A DNA stretch of 47,377 bases from Planctomycetia bacterium (GTDB lineage: Bacteria > Planctomycetota > UBA1135 > UBA2386). Every line of letters starts with the position of its first letter. Position 1 is the stretch's first letter. The stretch spans positions 1 to 47,377 of the forward strand of contig SXPK01000181.1 in the NCBI GenBank assembly GCA_005776365.1. Direction: 5' to 3'. Under the pieces are notes generated by a model. The model was not told where the DNA came from. It saw only the letters and a list, made by a program, of their open reading frames with translations, and did no database searches. Made by a program: the position numbers and the translations under genes. Shown piece by piece: positions 1 through 8,194 of the stretch.

Positions 1-39
1 GCCGCGGCGCTCAGCAAGCTCAACCTGCGGCGCAACTGA
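1..39 (+). CDS. tex: 3' end (last 12 codons plus TGA) of a Tex/YhgF-like S1-domain transcription accessory protein; the gene body lies upstream of the window
   Basis: Frame 1 reads [12 protein letters not shown]. The same 49-nt block recurs at 3189-3237, where it ends a 112-codon fragment ([40 protein letters not shown]). That fragment matches the C-terminal S1 domain of E. coli YhgF/Tex. Whether this copy belongs to the intact gene cannot be seen from the window. Confidence 0.55.
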   Translation, partial: AAALSKLNLRRN

Positions 40-234
40 GCGCCGCGGGTCCGCGTTCGCAGCGGCGCGATCAGCAACCCGTGGGCGAGTGGATTCGTCG
101 TCGAGCGAGTTGCAGCCGAGTCGAGATCAAGAAGTGCGACCGGAGTCGAATCCACGCTTTCGGCGCAACTCGCACGACTCAGAGGTCAGCCCGGATATCG
201 CGCTCGCAGGCAGCATGCGCTCTTCCACGCGCTG

Positions 235-519
235 TCAGCGCTTCTGCGCCAAGAGGACCCGAATCACCTGCGGCGAGGCAGCGACGCCTGCGCGCAGTGA
301 AGCCGCCGTCCGCCCGACGAGAACAGGGCCGTCTTGCGTGGTCCGTGCCTCCACCAGCAGCGAGCTCTCTCCTTCAGGCAGCCAGAACTCGAATGGCTGC
401 AGGATGGCGTTGCGGAGAAGCGGGATGTCAAAACCGAACTGCTCGCTCACGAGTCGCACAACTCCGGCTGTCGGCCTGGGGCCTGCGCTGTCGACGCTCG
501 CTTCGAACCTGCACCTCAC
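235..519 (-). pseudogene. Displaced duplicate of the last ~94 codons (including stop) of the 547..2175 gene; orphan C-terminal cassette
   Basis: VRCRFEA..GVVRLVSEQFGFDIPLLRNAILQPFEFWLPEGESSLLVEARTTQDGPVLVGRT..VIRVLLAQKR* aligns residue for residue with the C-terminus of the 542-aa protein (VKCRYEA..GVVRLQNAELGLDVPFLRNNAMQPFEFLLPEGENSVVVEARTTQEGPVLVGRT..VVQVLLAPKR*). It is in the same frame, 312 nt downstream. The 'start' is a GTG that corresponds to an internal Val. Confidence 0.6.
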
Positions 520-546
520 CAGGCGAGGCTGCTTCGAGCGCGAACT

Positions 547-2175
547 TCAGCGCTTCGGAGCCAGCAGCACCTGAACCACCGGCTGCGGCGCAGAACCATC
601 GGCGCGAATCGTGATCACAGTGCGCCCCACGAGAACTGGCCCCTCCTGCGTCGTGCGCGCCTCGACAACCACCGAGTTCTCACCCTCGGGCAAGAGGAAT
701 TCGAATGGCTGCATGGCGTTGTTCCGGAGGAACGGGACGTCGAGACCCAACTCCGCGTTCTGGAGTCGAACCACCCCGGCCGACGGCCACGGCCCTTCGC
801 CGTCGAATCGCGCCTCGTACCTGCACTTCACCAAATTGCGATCGAACACCACCCTTGCCTCGGCCCTGCCCCCCTTGGCAAGCGTGACCGTTGCAGCGGA
901 CTGCGCCTTGGCCAAGGCCTGAAGCACATCGTCGTAGAAATCCACGCGCCACGTCCCGGTCGGGAGTGTCATCCAACCATCCGTGTCCTCCCCCTTTGGC
1001 TTCACTAGGAGGTTGCGGTCGCCCGGCCAGTCCTGTGTGAGGTCCCCGATCAGTCGAAACATCGAATCCGGCAGCCTCTTCCCAGCAGCATCCGTGACGA
1101 CCGCTCGGAGGCTACCGAATCCATCGTGTAGTGCACCGCGCGGCGGCTCGATCCTCTGGGGCGCAACAAACTCGTCAGCGGGAACTGCCTTGCAGGTGGC
1201 CACGAACGGTTGGCGTCCGGCAATCCACAAGGTAACGCGCGGATCCCAGACTTGCGCCGTTCCCGCCGGGTAGGCCGGGAGGGCCATCGTGACGACCGCA
1301 TCGGGAAACTGCTTCTGGATGCGTGCCGCGATGCGGTCGCACGTCCACGACGCTTCTCCGTTCTCAGGGAGGCACAGCGAGTTGCCCAGCAGTTGCGCCT
1401 TCCAGGTCACGACTCCGGACTCAGGAAGATCCACTGCAATCACGCGAGGGGTCAGGAATCTCGCGGTCACTGTGTGCCGACCGGCATCACGAAAGACAAT
1501 ACTCCTCCCCTCTTCCTGCGCATGTTTGCAGAAGGCGCGATCCTCATGCATGCCCTGCAGAAACAGGATACCTGCTGCCGGGAACTCGAAAGGGCCGATG
1601 CTCGCCCTCCCCATCTCGTCGGTGACAGCAGACGGAGCCGAGTCCTCCGACATCAGTTCGGCTCGAGGCATTCGGTAAGGTCGGACCCAGAATCTGGCGC
1701 CCGACAATGGTCGAGACTCATCGAGCACCGCCTGTATGTCGATCGTGATCGCCGGACGCAGACGCACAATTGTGTTATCGCCAGTCAGTTCCACCTCTTC
1801 TTCAGGCAAATAGCTGTCATGGGAGACTCCGATGGCATGCGCCATCGCCGTGGGAACGAAGCTGACATTGCCCGCTTCGTCGGAGACATGCTCGACCCCA
1901 TCGTATCGCACCACGGCCCCGCGAACTGGCCGATTGTCGCGCGTCAGAACCTGCACGATGGCTCGCGTGAGCGAGATGCGATCCGTAGCTGGATTGGTAG
2001 GAACCTCCCCAGCCAGGGCCGTGGATCGAGACTCGCCGCTTCCACCAATCCCTGCGCCGGAAGGGAGCGTCGCCGGGACGTCGCGACCGACTTGCATCAG
2101 GAGCCATACGACGAGCGCTGCCCCGGCGAGCAGAAATGCACCAGCCGCCAGCCGCGCCCGCACTACCCCTGACAC
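547..2175 (-). CDS. Membrane-anchored exported protein with CarboxypepD_reg/Ig-like beta-sandwich domains (hypothetical)
   Basis: 542-aa ORF. N-terminal TM/signal anchor (RARLAAGAFLLAGAALVVWLL). The stretch IVQVLTRDNRPVRGAVVRYDGVEHVSDEAGNVSF resembles the carboxypeptidase-regulatory-like fold. The start overlaps the upstream gene by 13 nt. Confidence 0.75.
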   Translation of the reverse strand: MSGVVRARLAAGAFLLAGAALVVWLLMQVGRDVPATLPSGAGIGGSGESRSTALAGEVPTNPATDRISLTRAIVQVLTRDNRPVRGAVVRYDGVEHVSDEAGNVSFVPTAMAHAIGVSHDSYLPEEEVELTGDNTIVRLRPAITIDIQAVLDESRPLSGARFWVRPYRMPRAELMSEDSAPSAVTDEMGRASIGPFEFPAAGILFLQGMHEDRAFCKHAQEEGRSIVFRDAGRHTVTARFLTPRVIAVDLPESGVVTWKAQLLGNSLCLPENGEASWTCDRIAARIQKQFPDAVVTMALPAYPAGTAQVWDPRVTLWIAGRQPFVATCKAVPADEFVAPQRIEPPRGALHDGFGSLRAVVTDAAGKRLPDSMFRLIGDLTQDWPGDRNLLVKPKGEDTDGWMTLPTGTWRVDFYDDVLQALAKAQSAATVTLAKGGRAEARVVFDRNLVKCRYEARFDGEGPWPSAGVVRLQNAELGLDVPFLRNNAMQPFEFLLPEGENSVVVEARTTQEGPVLVGRTVITIRADGSAPQPVVQVLLAPKR

Positions 2176-2606
2176 TTACATGCCTCCACCCAGGCGCCGG
2201 GGAAAGCAAACAGGTGATTGGCAGAGCACTTGAACGTCTCTGTAGGGCACGCCTGTAGCTCCGTGCATTCTACAGCGGACGTCTGTTGATCCTCTTCGAA
2301 GTCGGGATTGATCACTTTCCCGCTGCAGTAGCAGTTCGGGGCCTTGTAGGACCCATCTGCCTGGAGGCATCCACACACTCGCACTTGGGTGCCGTCCGCG
2401 AGCACGGTTGGGATGTTCAGACAAGCACCCTCTCCCGGTAGGCAATTGGAATTGCAGTTCGCGACCTCCCACTCGAGAGAGAACCAGTTGAAGCGCACCT
2501 GCACCGTGCAGTAGCACGGATCCGACTGCGCCATCAACGATCCATCGAGCACGAATGCCACCGCCACAACGAGCACAGACGCCACTCTGGAGTTCCAACT
2601 TCTCAT
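2163..2606 (-). CDS. Small secreted cysteine-rich protein (147 aa, 14 Cys in the mature part, four CxC motifs)
   Basis: Signal peptide MRSWNSRVASVLVVAVAFVLDGSLMAQS. The mature region contains CYC (twice), CGC and CKC motifs. Local GC is about 58% by hand count of line 2221-2280, lower than core genes. It overlaps the next gene by 13 nt. Confidence 0.7.
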   Translation of the reverse strand: MRSWNSRVASVLVVAVAFVLDGSLMAQSDPCYCTVQVRFNWFSLEWEVANCNSNCLPGEGACLNIPTVLADGTQVRVCGCLQADGSYKAPNCYCSGKVINPDFEEDQQTSAVECTELQACPTETFKCSANHLFAFPGAWVEACKCQG

Positions 2607-2791
2607 ACTTGGACAGTACCCCGCCCCCCCCTTGCTCAGTCAAGACCGGGGAACATGCATCGCCAAGGGTAGTTGAAACCGGGAGGCGGCTCCCTGTCTG
2701 CGGCACGTTCGACTGAACCTCGTCCTCGAGCCACGGGGTTGAAGGCGACTAGAGCTCCGTCGCCAGAGAGGCACCTCGCCGCCCCACTCCC

Positions 2792-2887
2792 TCACCCGCT
2801 GCGCTGCTTCGGCGGCGTGCGGAAGCCCTTCCGCACGGGCTGCATCTGCCCCATCTCCGGCGGCGGCGTCTCGAAGCCGAGCGCGTA
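2792..2887 (-). pseudogene. Fragment: last 31 codons plus stop of the membrane/TPR-like gene whose intact copy is at 11641..12375
   Basis: The 96 nt are about 95% identical to 11641-11736 (5 mismatches by eye). It encodes YALGFETPPPEMGQMQPVRKGFRTPPKQRSG*, versus ..YALGFETPPPEMGQMQPVRKGFRTPPKQRGG* in the intact gene. Homology ends abruptly at 2887. Confidence 0.85.
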
Positions 2888-2888
2888 G

Positions 2889-3227
2889 CAGGACGGCCTC
2901 GTGCACATCAGCCAGCTGTCGGATCGCTTCGTCGAGGACCCGCGCGAAGTCGTCAAGGCCGGCCAGATCGTCCAGGTCAAGGTCGTCGAGGTCGACATCC
3001 CGCGCCAGCGCATCGCGCTGACGATGAAGCTGCACGAACGGCCGGCGGCGGGGCGCGGCGACAGCCACGCGACCGCAGGCTCGGGCGGCGCGCGCAGCAG
3101 CGGCGGCAGTCGCGATCCGCGCGGCAACCGCGACCTGCGGCCCGCGCCGGCTCCGCGCAAGCCCGAGCCCGAGGTCGTGAGCCCGCTCGCCGCGGCGCTC
3201 AGCAAGCTCAACCTGCGGCGCAACTGA
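2889..3227 (+). pseudogene. tex: Fragment: C-terminal 112 codons (partial S1 domain plus tail) of tex
   Basis: It starts inside the conserved S1 motif (..[64 protein letters not shown]) with no N-terminal Tex domains. It is fused 1 nt away from the TPR-like gene fragment. Its last 49 nt are identical to 1-49. Confidence 0.85.
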
Positions 3228-3380
3228 GCGCCGCGGGCGAGGTGTCCTCCGCAGAAGGACAGCTTCGACCCACGGCCTCGACACACTGCAGGACCAACCC
3301 ATCGGCAGCGACAAGGTGCGCCGCCACTGCATGCCGTCCGTCCCCCACGCCGTCAGGAAGAGCTACAGCCCTCGCCAACA

Positions 3381-4283
3381 TCAGTTTGCAGGCAGCTCGA
3401 TCGCCAATGCGGGGCGGAAGCCGATGAAGTCTCGCCGCGCATGCTGGTGCAGGCTGGCGCGCTGGGAAAGCTTCGCCCCATCGGCGTCAGCGACCCAGGA
3501 ACCACCCACCAGCTCGTAGTGGGAATGCGTGTGGTTGGCGACCAAGCACCATTCCTCGACGTTGCCCACCAGATCGAAGAAGCCCGCGGCGTTCGGGGCG
3601 AAGCTCCCCACCGGAGCAATCACCGCATAGCCATCGTCGCACGGCACCGGCACGTTGAACTCCGGGAAACGACGAGCGCCGGCGCGGTCCTGCAGGTTGG
3701 CGTGTCGACAGGCATCCCCGCCTTCATCACCCCAAGGGAATCGCGTCGCCGCTCCGGCGCGAGCTGCGCGCTCCCATTCGGCCGCCGTTGGCAGGCGGAG
3801 CCCGAAGTGAGCAGTGAAGGCCACGGCATCGGCAGCCGAGAGATACAGCACCGGCAGATCGTCGCGCAGTTCCTCGGTGCCGAGCAGCGGGAAGATCCGG
3901 CTCCAGTTCGCCTGCTCGTGCCACTCGCGACCGCCCGCAGACGTCGCCGTGAACGCGCCGACAGCAGGATGGTCAGGGTCGTCGAGCACACCCCGTTCGG
4001 CATCGCTGCGGTAGCCGGTCTCGGCCACGAACCGCCGCCAGCTGCCCACGGTGAGTTCGGTTTCGGCCAGAAACAGCGCGTTCGCGGATGCATCCCCGGG
4101 CACCAGCCGCAGAACCACACCGCTGCGACGATGCGTCGCTCGCTTCGGCAGTCCGCTCCTGGCGTCGACACCAGCCGTCGGGTCCGGCTCGAGATCCGCC
4201 AGCGATATCGGTTTCGCAAGGGACGCGCAGCCTGCGCAGAGAAGGGCGAACAGAGCGCTCGCTACCAGACGGAGGTGTGACAT
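3381..4283 (-). CDS. FGE-sulfatase (SUMF1/formylglycine-generating enzyme family) domain lipoprotein
   Basis: I chose the start at MSHLRLVASALFALLCAGCASL (lipobox-like LCAGC), giving 300 aa. C-terminal motifs VGNVEEWC, LVGGSWV and FIGFRPAL are typical of PF03781. The longer ORF to 4400 would run through the tex-repeat copy. Confidence 0.8.
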   Translation of the reverse strand: MSHLRLVASALFALLCAGCASLAKPISLADLEPDPTAGVDARSGLPKRATHRRSGVVLRLVPGDASANALFLAETELTVGSWRRFVAETGYRSDAERGVLDDPDHPAVGAFTATSAGGREWHEQANWSRIFPLLGTEELRDDLPVLYLSAADAVAFTAHFGLRLPTAAEWERAARAGAATRFPWGDEGGDACRHANLQDRAGARRFPEFNVPVPCDDGYAVIAPVGSFAPNAAGFFDLVGNVEEWCLVANHTHSHYELVGGSWVADADGAKLSQRASLHQHARRDFIGFRPALAIELPAN

Positions 4284-4335
4284 GAGATCGCCTTGCGTCA
4301 CGGACGCCAGGGACAGGCAGTCTACGTAACTGCAC

Positions 4336-4406
4336 GCCGCCCCGAGCCCGAGGTCGTCAATCCGCTCGCGGCGCAGCTGGCGAAGCGCAACCTGCGGCAC
4401 AACTGA
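4336..4406 (+). pseudogene. tex: Short diverged fragment of the tex 3' end (last ~21 codons plus stop)
   Basis: Reads PEPEVVNPLAAQLAKRNLRHN*, versus [21 protein letters not shown] in the other copies. It is followed by the same gcgccgcggg block, then t-cgc-ttcgca as after copy 1. Confidence 0.7.
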
Positions 4407-4433
4407 GCGCCGCGGGTACGCATTCGCACTCCG

Positions 4434-6056
4434 TCACCGCAGCCAGAAGTCGCGCCGCGCGGTCCATACATCGAGGCCGGTCGCCGGATCCAGCACCAGC
4501 CACTGCACGGCAAAGCGACGGCCGCCGATCGTAGCGGGCAGCACCGGCAGGTCGAAGGCGGCATAGCCGCGGTCGATGCCGGACACGCCGGTCGTCTTTG
4601 CGCCGACGAAGTCCATCGGCACGAGCAGGGAACAGCCGGGGAAGCCGAATCCGTCGAGGCCGATGGGCAGGGACAGGCCACCCGTCGTCGTGGCGACGCC
4701 GTCGCCGAGGATGCACCACGCGAGCGCGCCCGGGGGTGCGTTCGCGATCTGCAGGCGGGAGCCGGTCGGCGTGGACCGGAAGCCGGGGACCATCGCGGTG
4801 CCGAGGTTGGCACAGGCGGAGCCGGACAGGGTGGAGCGGCGCGGTTCGCTGCGCCAAGCCTGGATCGTGCCAGCACCCTGTCCATAGTCGAGGAAAGTCA
4901 ATGCATGCACAGGGTGAGGGCTCCCCGGCTGGACTCCGAGTTCCGCCACGAACAAACCATAGTCGCCTTGCACCGGGAATCGACTCTGCTGCGTGTGGTG
5001 CAGGATAGCCCCGTCCCTCGACGAGATCACCTGCACTGCGCCCCAGACATATTGTTCGGGCTGGCATCCGGGACACGCAAACAGCACGTCGGGAATGCCA
5101 TCGAGATCCGCGTCGAACTTGGCGCTGACTGGCGAGCCAAGCTGGAAGTTCGGGTCCTGCCAGACTCGGATGATGGAGCCATCGGCCCCGGACCATGCGA
5201 CTGCAACCTGCCGTTGCGAGGCCACACTGTCGGCGTTGCTCGCCAAGTAGTCTGCGACGCCGTCCAGGTCGAGGTCTCCCGCCAGAGCGACGGTGCCACC
5301 GAGCAAGTCATAGGCTTGCAGGCCGGGATGGAATCGCAGCAGTGTCCCGGTTCGCCCCGAATACAGGAACGCCCCGCCTTCGGCTCTTGCCCCACCGATG
5401 GCGCCGACGAGGAAGTCCTCGCCACCGTCCCCATCTCGATCGCCGACGTTGGCGATGCTCTGGATCACCCAGCCGTGGACCGATGCCGGGATGACGTAGC
5501 GGAGCGCGCCGAGGTGATCGTAGGCGTAGAGGCTGGAATCGAAGGAGCGCGCCGTCGCGGCCAGGAGGTCACTCAGTCCGTCGCCATCGAGATCGATGCG
5601 TGGCTCCTTCGCGAAGCCGAACATGCCAGGGCCGGGCGGGAGAAGATTGAACAGTTCGATTCCCCGCCGGGGGGAGTAGACATGGATCACGAAGCTCGAT
5701 GACCATGTGTACTCGTCGTAGCCATCGCTGTCGAAATCACCGGCCCATTGCGGGTTGTCGATGCCCCAGAACAGCATGTGCTGATGGAGTTGGGATCCAT
5801 CGCGTCCCGACAGGATGCAGACGCTGATTTGCGTGACCGGGCCTTGGCCCGCGCTGCGGTAGGCAAGCAAGTCGCGATAACCGTCGCGGTCGTGATCGCC
5901 GAAGGCCGAGCATGCGTTGTAGCCGGAGTATGCGGCCGCCGGGATCTCCCAAATCATCTGTTGCCCCAGCAGAACTCCGGCCGGGAAACAATGCGTAATC
6001 AACCACCTCGACCAGTCCATGGCAACCGGCCTCCTCAGTTGACGATCTGGATCCAC
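4434..6056 (-). CDS. FG-GAP/VCBS repeat (integrin-alpha-like beta-propeller) protein with a C-terminal shared module
   Basis: Repeated Ca-binding-like loops: GDHDRDGYRDLL, GDFDSDGYDEY, DLDGDGLSDLL, GDRDGDGGEDFLVG, GDLDLDGVADYL, FDADLDGIPDVL. The start is uncertain (6056, or the Met at 6020). It overlaps or abuts the upstream gene end at 6035. Confidence 0.8.
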   Translation of the reverse strand: MDPDRQLRRPVAMDWSRWLITHCFPAGVLLGQQMIWEIPAAAYSGYNACSAFGDHDRDGYRDLLAYRSAGQGPVTQISVCILSGRDGSQLHQHMLFWGIDNPQWAGDFDSDGYDEYTWSSSFVIHVYSPRRGIELFNLLPPGPGMFGFAKEPRIDLDGDGLSDLLAATARSFDSSLYAYDHLGALRYVIPASVHGWVIQSIANVGDRDGDGGEDFLVGAIGGARAEGGAFLYSGRTGTLLRFHPGLQAYDLLGGTVALAGDLDLDGVADYLASNADSVASQRQVAVAWSGADGSIIRVWQDPNFQLGSPVSAKFDADLDGIPDVLFACPGCQPEQYVWGAVQVISSRDGAILHHTQQSRFPVQGDYGLFVAELGVQPGSPHPVHALTFLDYGQGAGTIQAWRSEPRRSTLSGSACANLGTAMVPGFRSTPTGSRLQIANAPPGALAWCILGDGVATTTGGLSLPIGLDGFGFPGCSLLVPMDFVGAKTTGVSGIDRGYAAFDLPVLPATIGGRRFAVQWLVLDPATGLDVWTARRDFWLR

Positions 6057-8044
6057 CCTGCCGGCGAAGGAACACCTCCCGCCGTCAGGACGAACACCAT
6101 GTAGTAGCCTCGCGGAGCCAAGGCCTCCTGAGGCATGGAACAGATCACGCTGGACGTGCCCCCATTGAGTTCGATGGTGCCGCCGATCTGCTCCAGCTCG
6201 ATGTAGCGTGCGTGCATGTCGCTGTGGTGGGTCAGGGACCCCGGCGCCATCAGCACGACCTTGCCCATGCCGACTTGCTTCGGCAACCTCAGGCTGATGG
6301 TCAGTGGCGAGCTGTAGAGCAGCTGCACCGAGCCGTCGGGATTCGTACCAGGACTGGTCGACTGCGTGATCCCGAGGATCGTCGGCCGTGGGCGCGTCAT
6401 GTACCAGGGAGAGTAGATCTCGTAATCGAATGACGGCGAGCCCAGACTGTGTCGACCTTCTCCACCCCCCACGAGGACACGCCCGTCCGGCAGAAGCAGC
6501 GCTGTTGCATGGTATAGGCGCGGAGTCGACGCCGAGGGGAGCAGACCCCAGACCCCGTCCTTGAACAGTTCGGCCTCTCTTGCAATCGTCGCCAACTGTG
6601 GGTTGTTCACTGAGTCGATGCCACCGACTGCTAGTATGGAGGCGTCAGGAAGGATGAGCGCATTCAACCAGCCACGGGCATGGATCATATCCTCGCCCTC
6701 CCACCAGGGCGTGCCGGACGCCCCAGCGGCATCGAAGATTGCCTCCGTGGTGCTCGTCGCGGGACTGAAGGCAGGCGCAAAAGGCGATCCGACGAACCCG
6801 CCAATTCGGGCAATAAAGTCGGTCTGCGTGCCCGAACGGGCGAACAACACGCTTGCTCCATCGTGACGAGTCACCCAGGAGGCAGGGGGATTCCCGAGCC
6901 CGATGCTGCTCTGGCCGGTGAAGTAGTTCCAAGTGCCGGCTTGCGACGGCGGCACCTCGTGTTGCGTCTTGGCCGAGAGTGGCTCGTAGCCACTCATGAA
7001 CACCTCCGCGGAGGTGAGCCAATGCATACGGGGGTACTCTTCGAGCTCCTGGACTCCCGAGCCGTTGTCCGGCCCCTCAAAAGTGAAAATAGGCCCCTGC
7101 GAACCCGGGACGGAGTCAGGCTGAAGGCCTTGCTGCGTAGCCGGAACTGTGGGGTTGAGTACCCTCAGTGCCTCATAGGTGTTCCAAGTCGGATTCTGGG
7201 CAGGCGCGCCACCGATCACGATGGAGCCACCGCTCACCAGGGCAACCTCGCGTCCCGCAGTTCGGTTGAGTCGACTCGTGAGCGTCACCGTCGGGTAGTA
7301 GCTCCGATCCGCAAGCGCAGGCCCATAGATCCACTTGCCATGTGCTCCACCGTAGAGAGCTTGCCCCGTGAAGTCGTTGGTCCAGGTGTTCCCCAGAAGT
7401 TGCGGCCAGGCCTGCCCCACCTCGTCCGGCCGGTATAGCATCACGATCGCCGTTCCTTGCGTCCCGTTGGAGTCGCCGCCTGCGACAATCAGATCGCCGT
7501 ATGGCGACCAACAGTGCCCTGCGCAGAACAGTCCCTCCACGACCCAGTTCTCGGGGGCAGGAGTGATGACGATCGGATGAACAGGGAGCAAGAAGTTCTG
7601 GAAGCGTGGCCCCGTCGGAGCCACGGCAGGATCGACGATCGACCAACACTGGAATGACCACGGCTGGTTGCCTGCGGCGTAGGAGCCATTGGGCTGCCGC
7701 ATGTACTTTCGCGAGTCCCAGACGATCACCTTGCCTCGGTCCTTGCCGCGCGGGATGAGCGACATGTGAATCGCGTTGAACCGGGCATCGAAGTCGGCGG
7801 AGTATGCGGTCGACCCTGGAAAAGGCTGCAGGTGATCCGTTGCGGACGCATGTGGCGAAACCTCATGGTTGAACGCCATTGTCCACTGACCCAGATACGG
7901 ACTCGCCTGCGCGTCAACGACATCACCTACGCAGACTGACGTCAGCAGCGCACTAAGTGTCCCCAACCAACCCTTCCGACCGAACATCGAGCTCACATGC
8001 CTTCCTCGGTTCATGGTGCTACTCCGGGCATCGAGATCGCGCAT
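6035..8044 (-). CDS. Glyoxal oxidase / galactose oxidase-like copper radical oxidase family protein (kelch-like propeller plus DUF1929 E-set C-terminus)
   Basis: 669-aa ORF with a signal-like N-terminus (GWLGTLSALLTSVCVG). LYHATALLLPDGRVLVGGG and the C-terminal YYMVFVLTAGGVPSPAGWIQI are typical of Glyoxal_oxid_N plus DUF1929 proteins. The start may be an internal Met (about 8014). Confidence 0.75.
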   Translation of the reverse strand: MRDLDARSSTMNRGRHVSSMFGRKGWLGTLSALLTSVCVGDVVDAQASPYLGQWTMAFNHEVSPHASATDHLQPFPGSTAYSADFDARFNAIHMSLIPRGKDRGKVIVWDSRKYMRQPNGSYAAGNQPWSFQCWSIVDPAVAPTGPRFQNFLLPVHPIVITPAPENWVVEGLFCAGHCWSPYGDLIVAGGDSNGTQGTAIVMLYRPDEVGQAWPQLLGNTWTNDFTGQALYGGAHGKWIYGPALADRSYYPTVTLTSRLNRTAGREVALVSGGSIVIGGAPAQNPTWNTYEALRVLNPTVPATQQGLQPDSVPGSQGPIFTFEGPDNGSGVQELEEYPRMHWLTSAEVFMSGYEPLSAKTQHEVPPSQAGTWNYFTGQSSIGLGNPPASWVTRHDGASVLFARSGTQTDFIARIGGFVGSPFAPAFSPATSTTEAIFDAAGASGTPWWEGEDMIHARGWLNALILPDASILAVGGIDSVNNPQLATIAREAELFKDGVWGLLPSASTPRLYHATALLLPDGRVLVGGGEGRHSLGSPSFDYEIYSPWYMTRPRPTILGITQSTSPGTNPDGSVQLLYSSPLTISLRLPKQVGMGKVVLMAPGSLTHHSDMHARYIELEQIGGTIELNGGTSSVICSMPQEALAPRGYYMVFVLTAGGVPSPAGWIQIVN

Positions 8045-8194
8045 TCCCTGCGCGTGGGATTTGGCAACCCAGCCCGGTCGAGGTCGAACGAGCCGTTACC
8101 GACCGGGCTAATGTTCCGGGGCGGACCGAATCGGTCAACCCCTGCGGCGCAAGCGGAAGCTCGCATGGCACCAAGCGGGGTTCGCAGGCCCTCT

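Noticed and set aside
547-549. Programmed TGA readthrough joining the 542-aa protein to the downstream duplicate domain
   Set aside because: The in-frame arrangement has a 1-in-3 chance expectation. Both copies end with their own KR-TGA, which points to a 3'-end duplication. I saw no obvious readthrough-stimulating context. It is kept only as a note inside the duplication finding.
2901-3227. tex-derived ORFs (2901-3227, 8217-8489) as functional small S1-domain proteins
   Set aside because: They begin inside the S1 beta-barrel and have no independent start context that I can see. They differ in length between copies. They are best explained as displaced gene remnants. Expression cannot be excluded from sequence alone.
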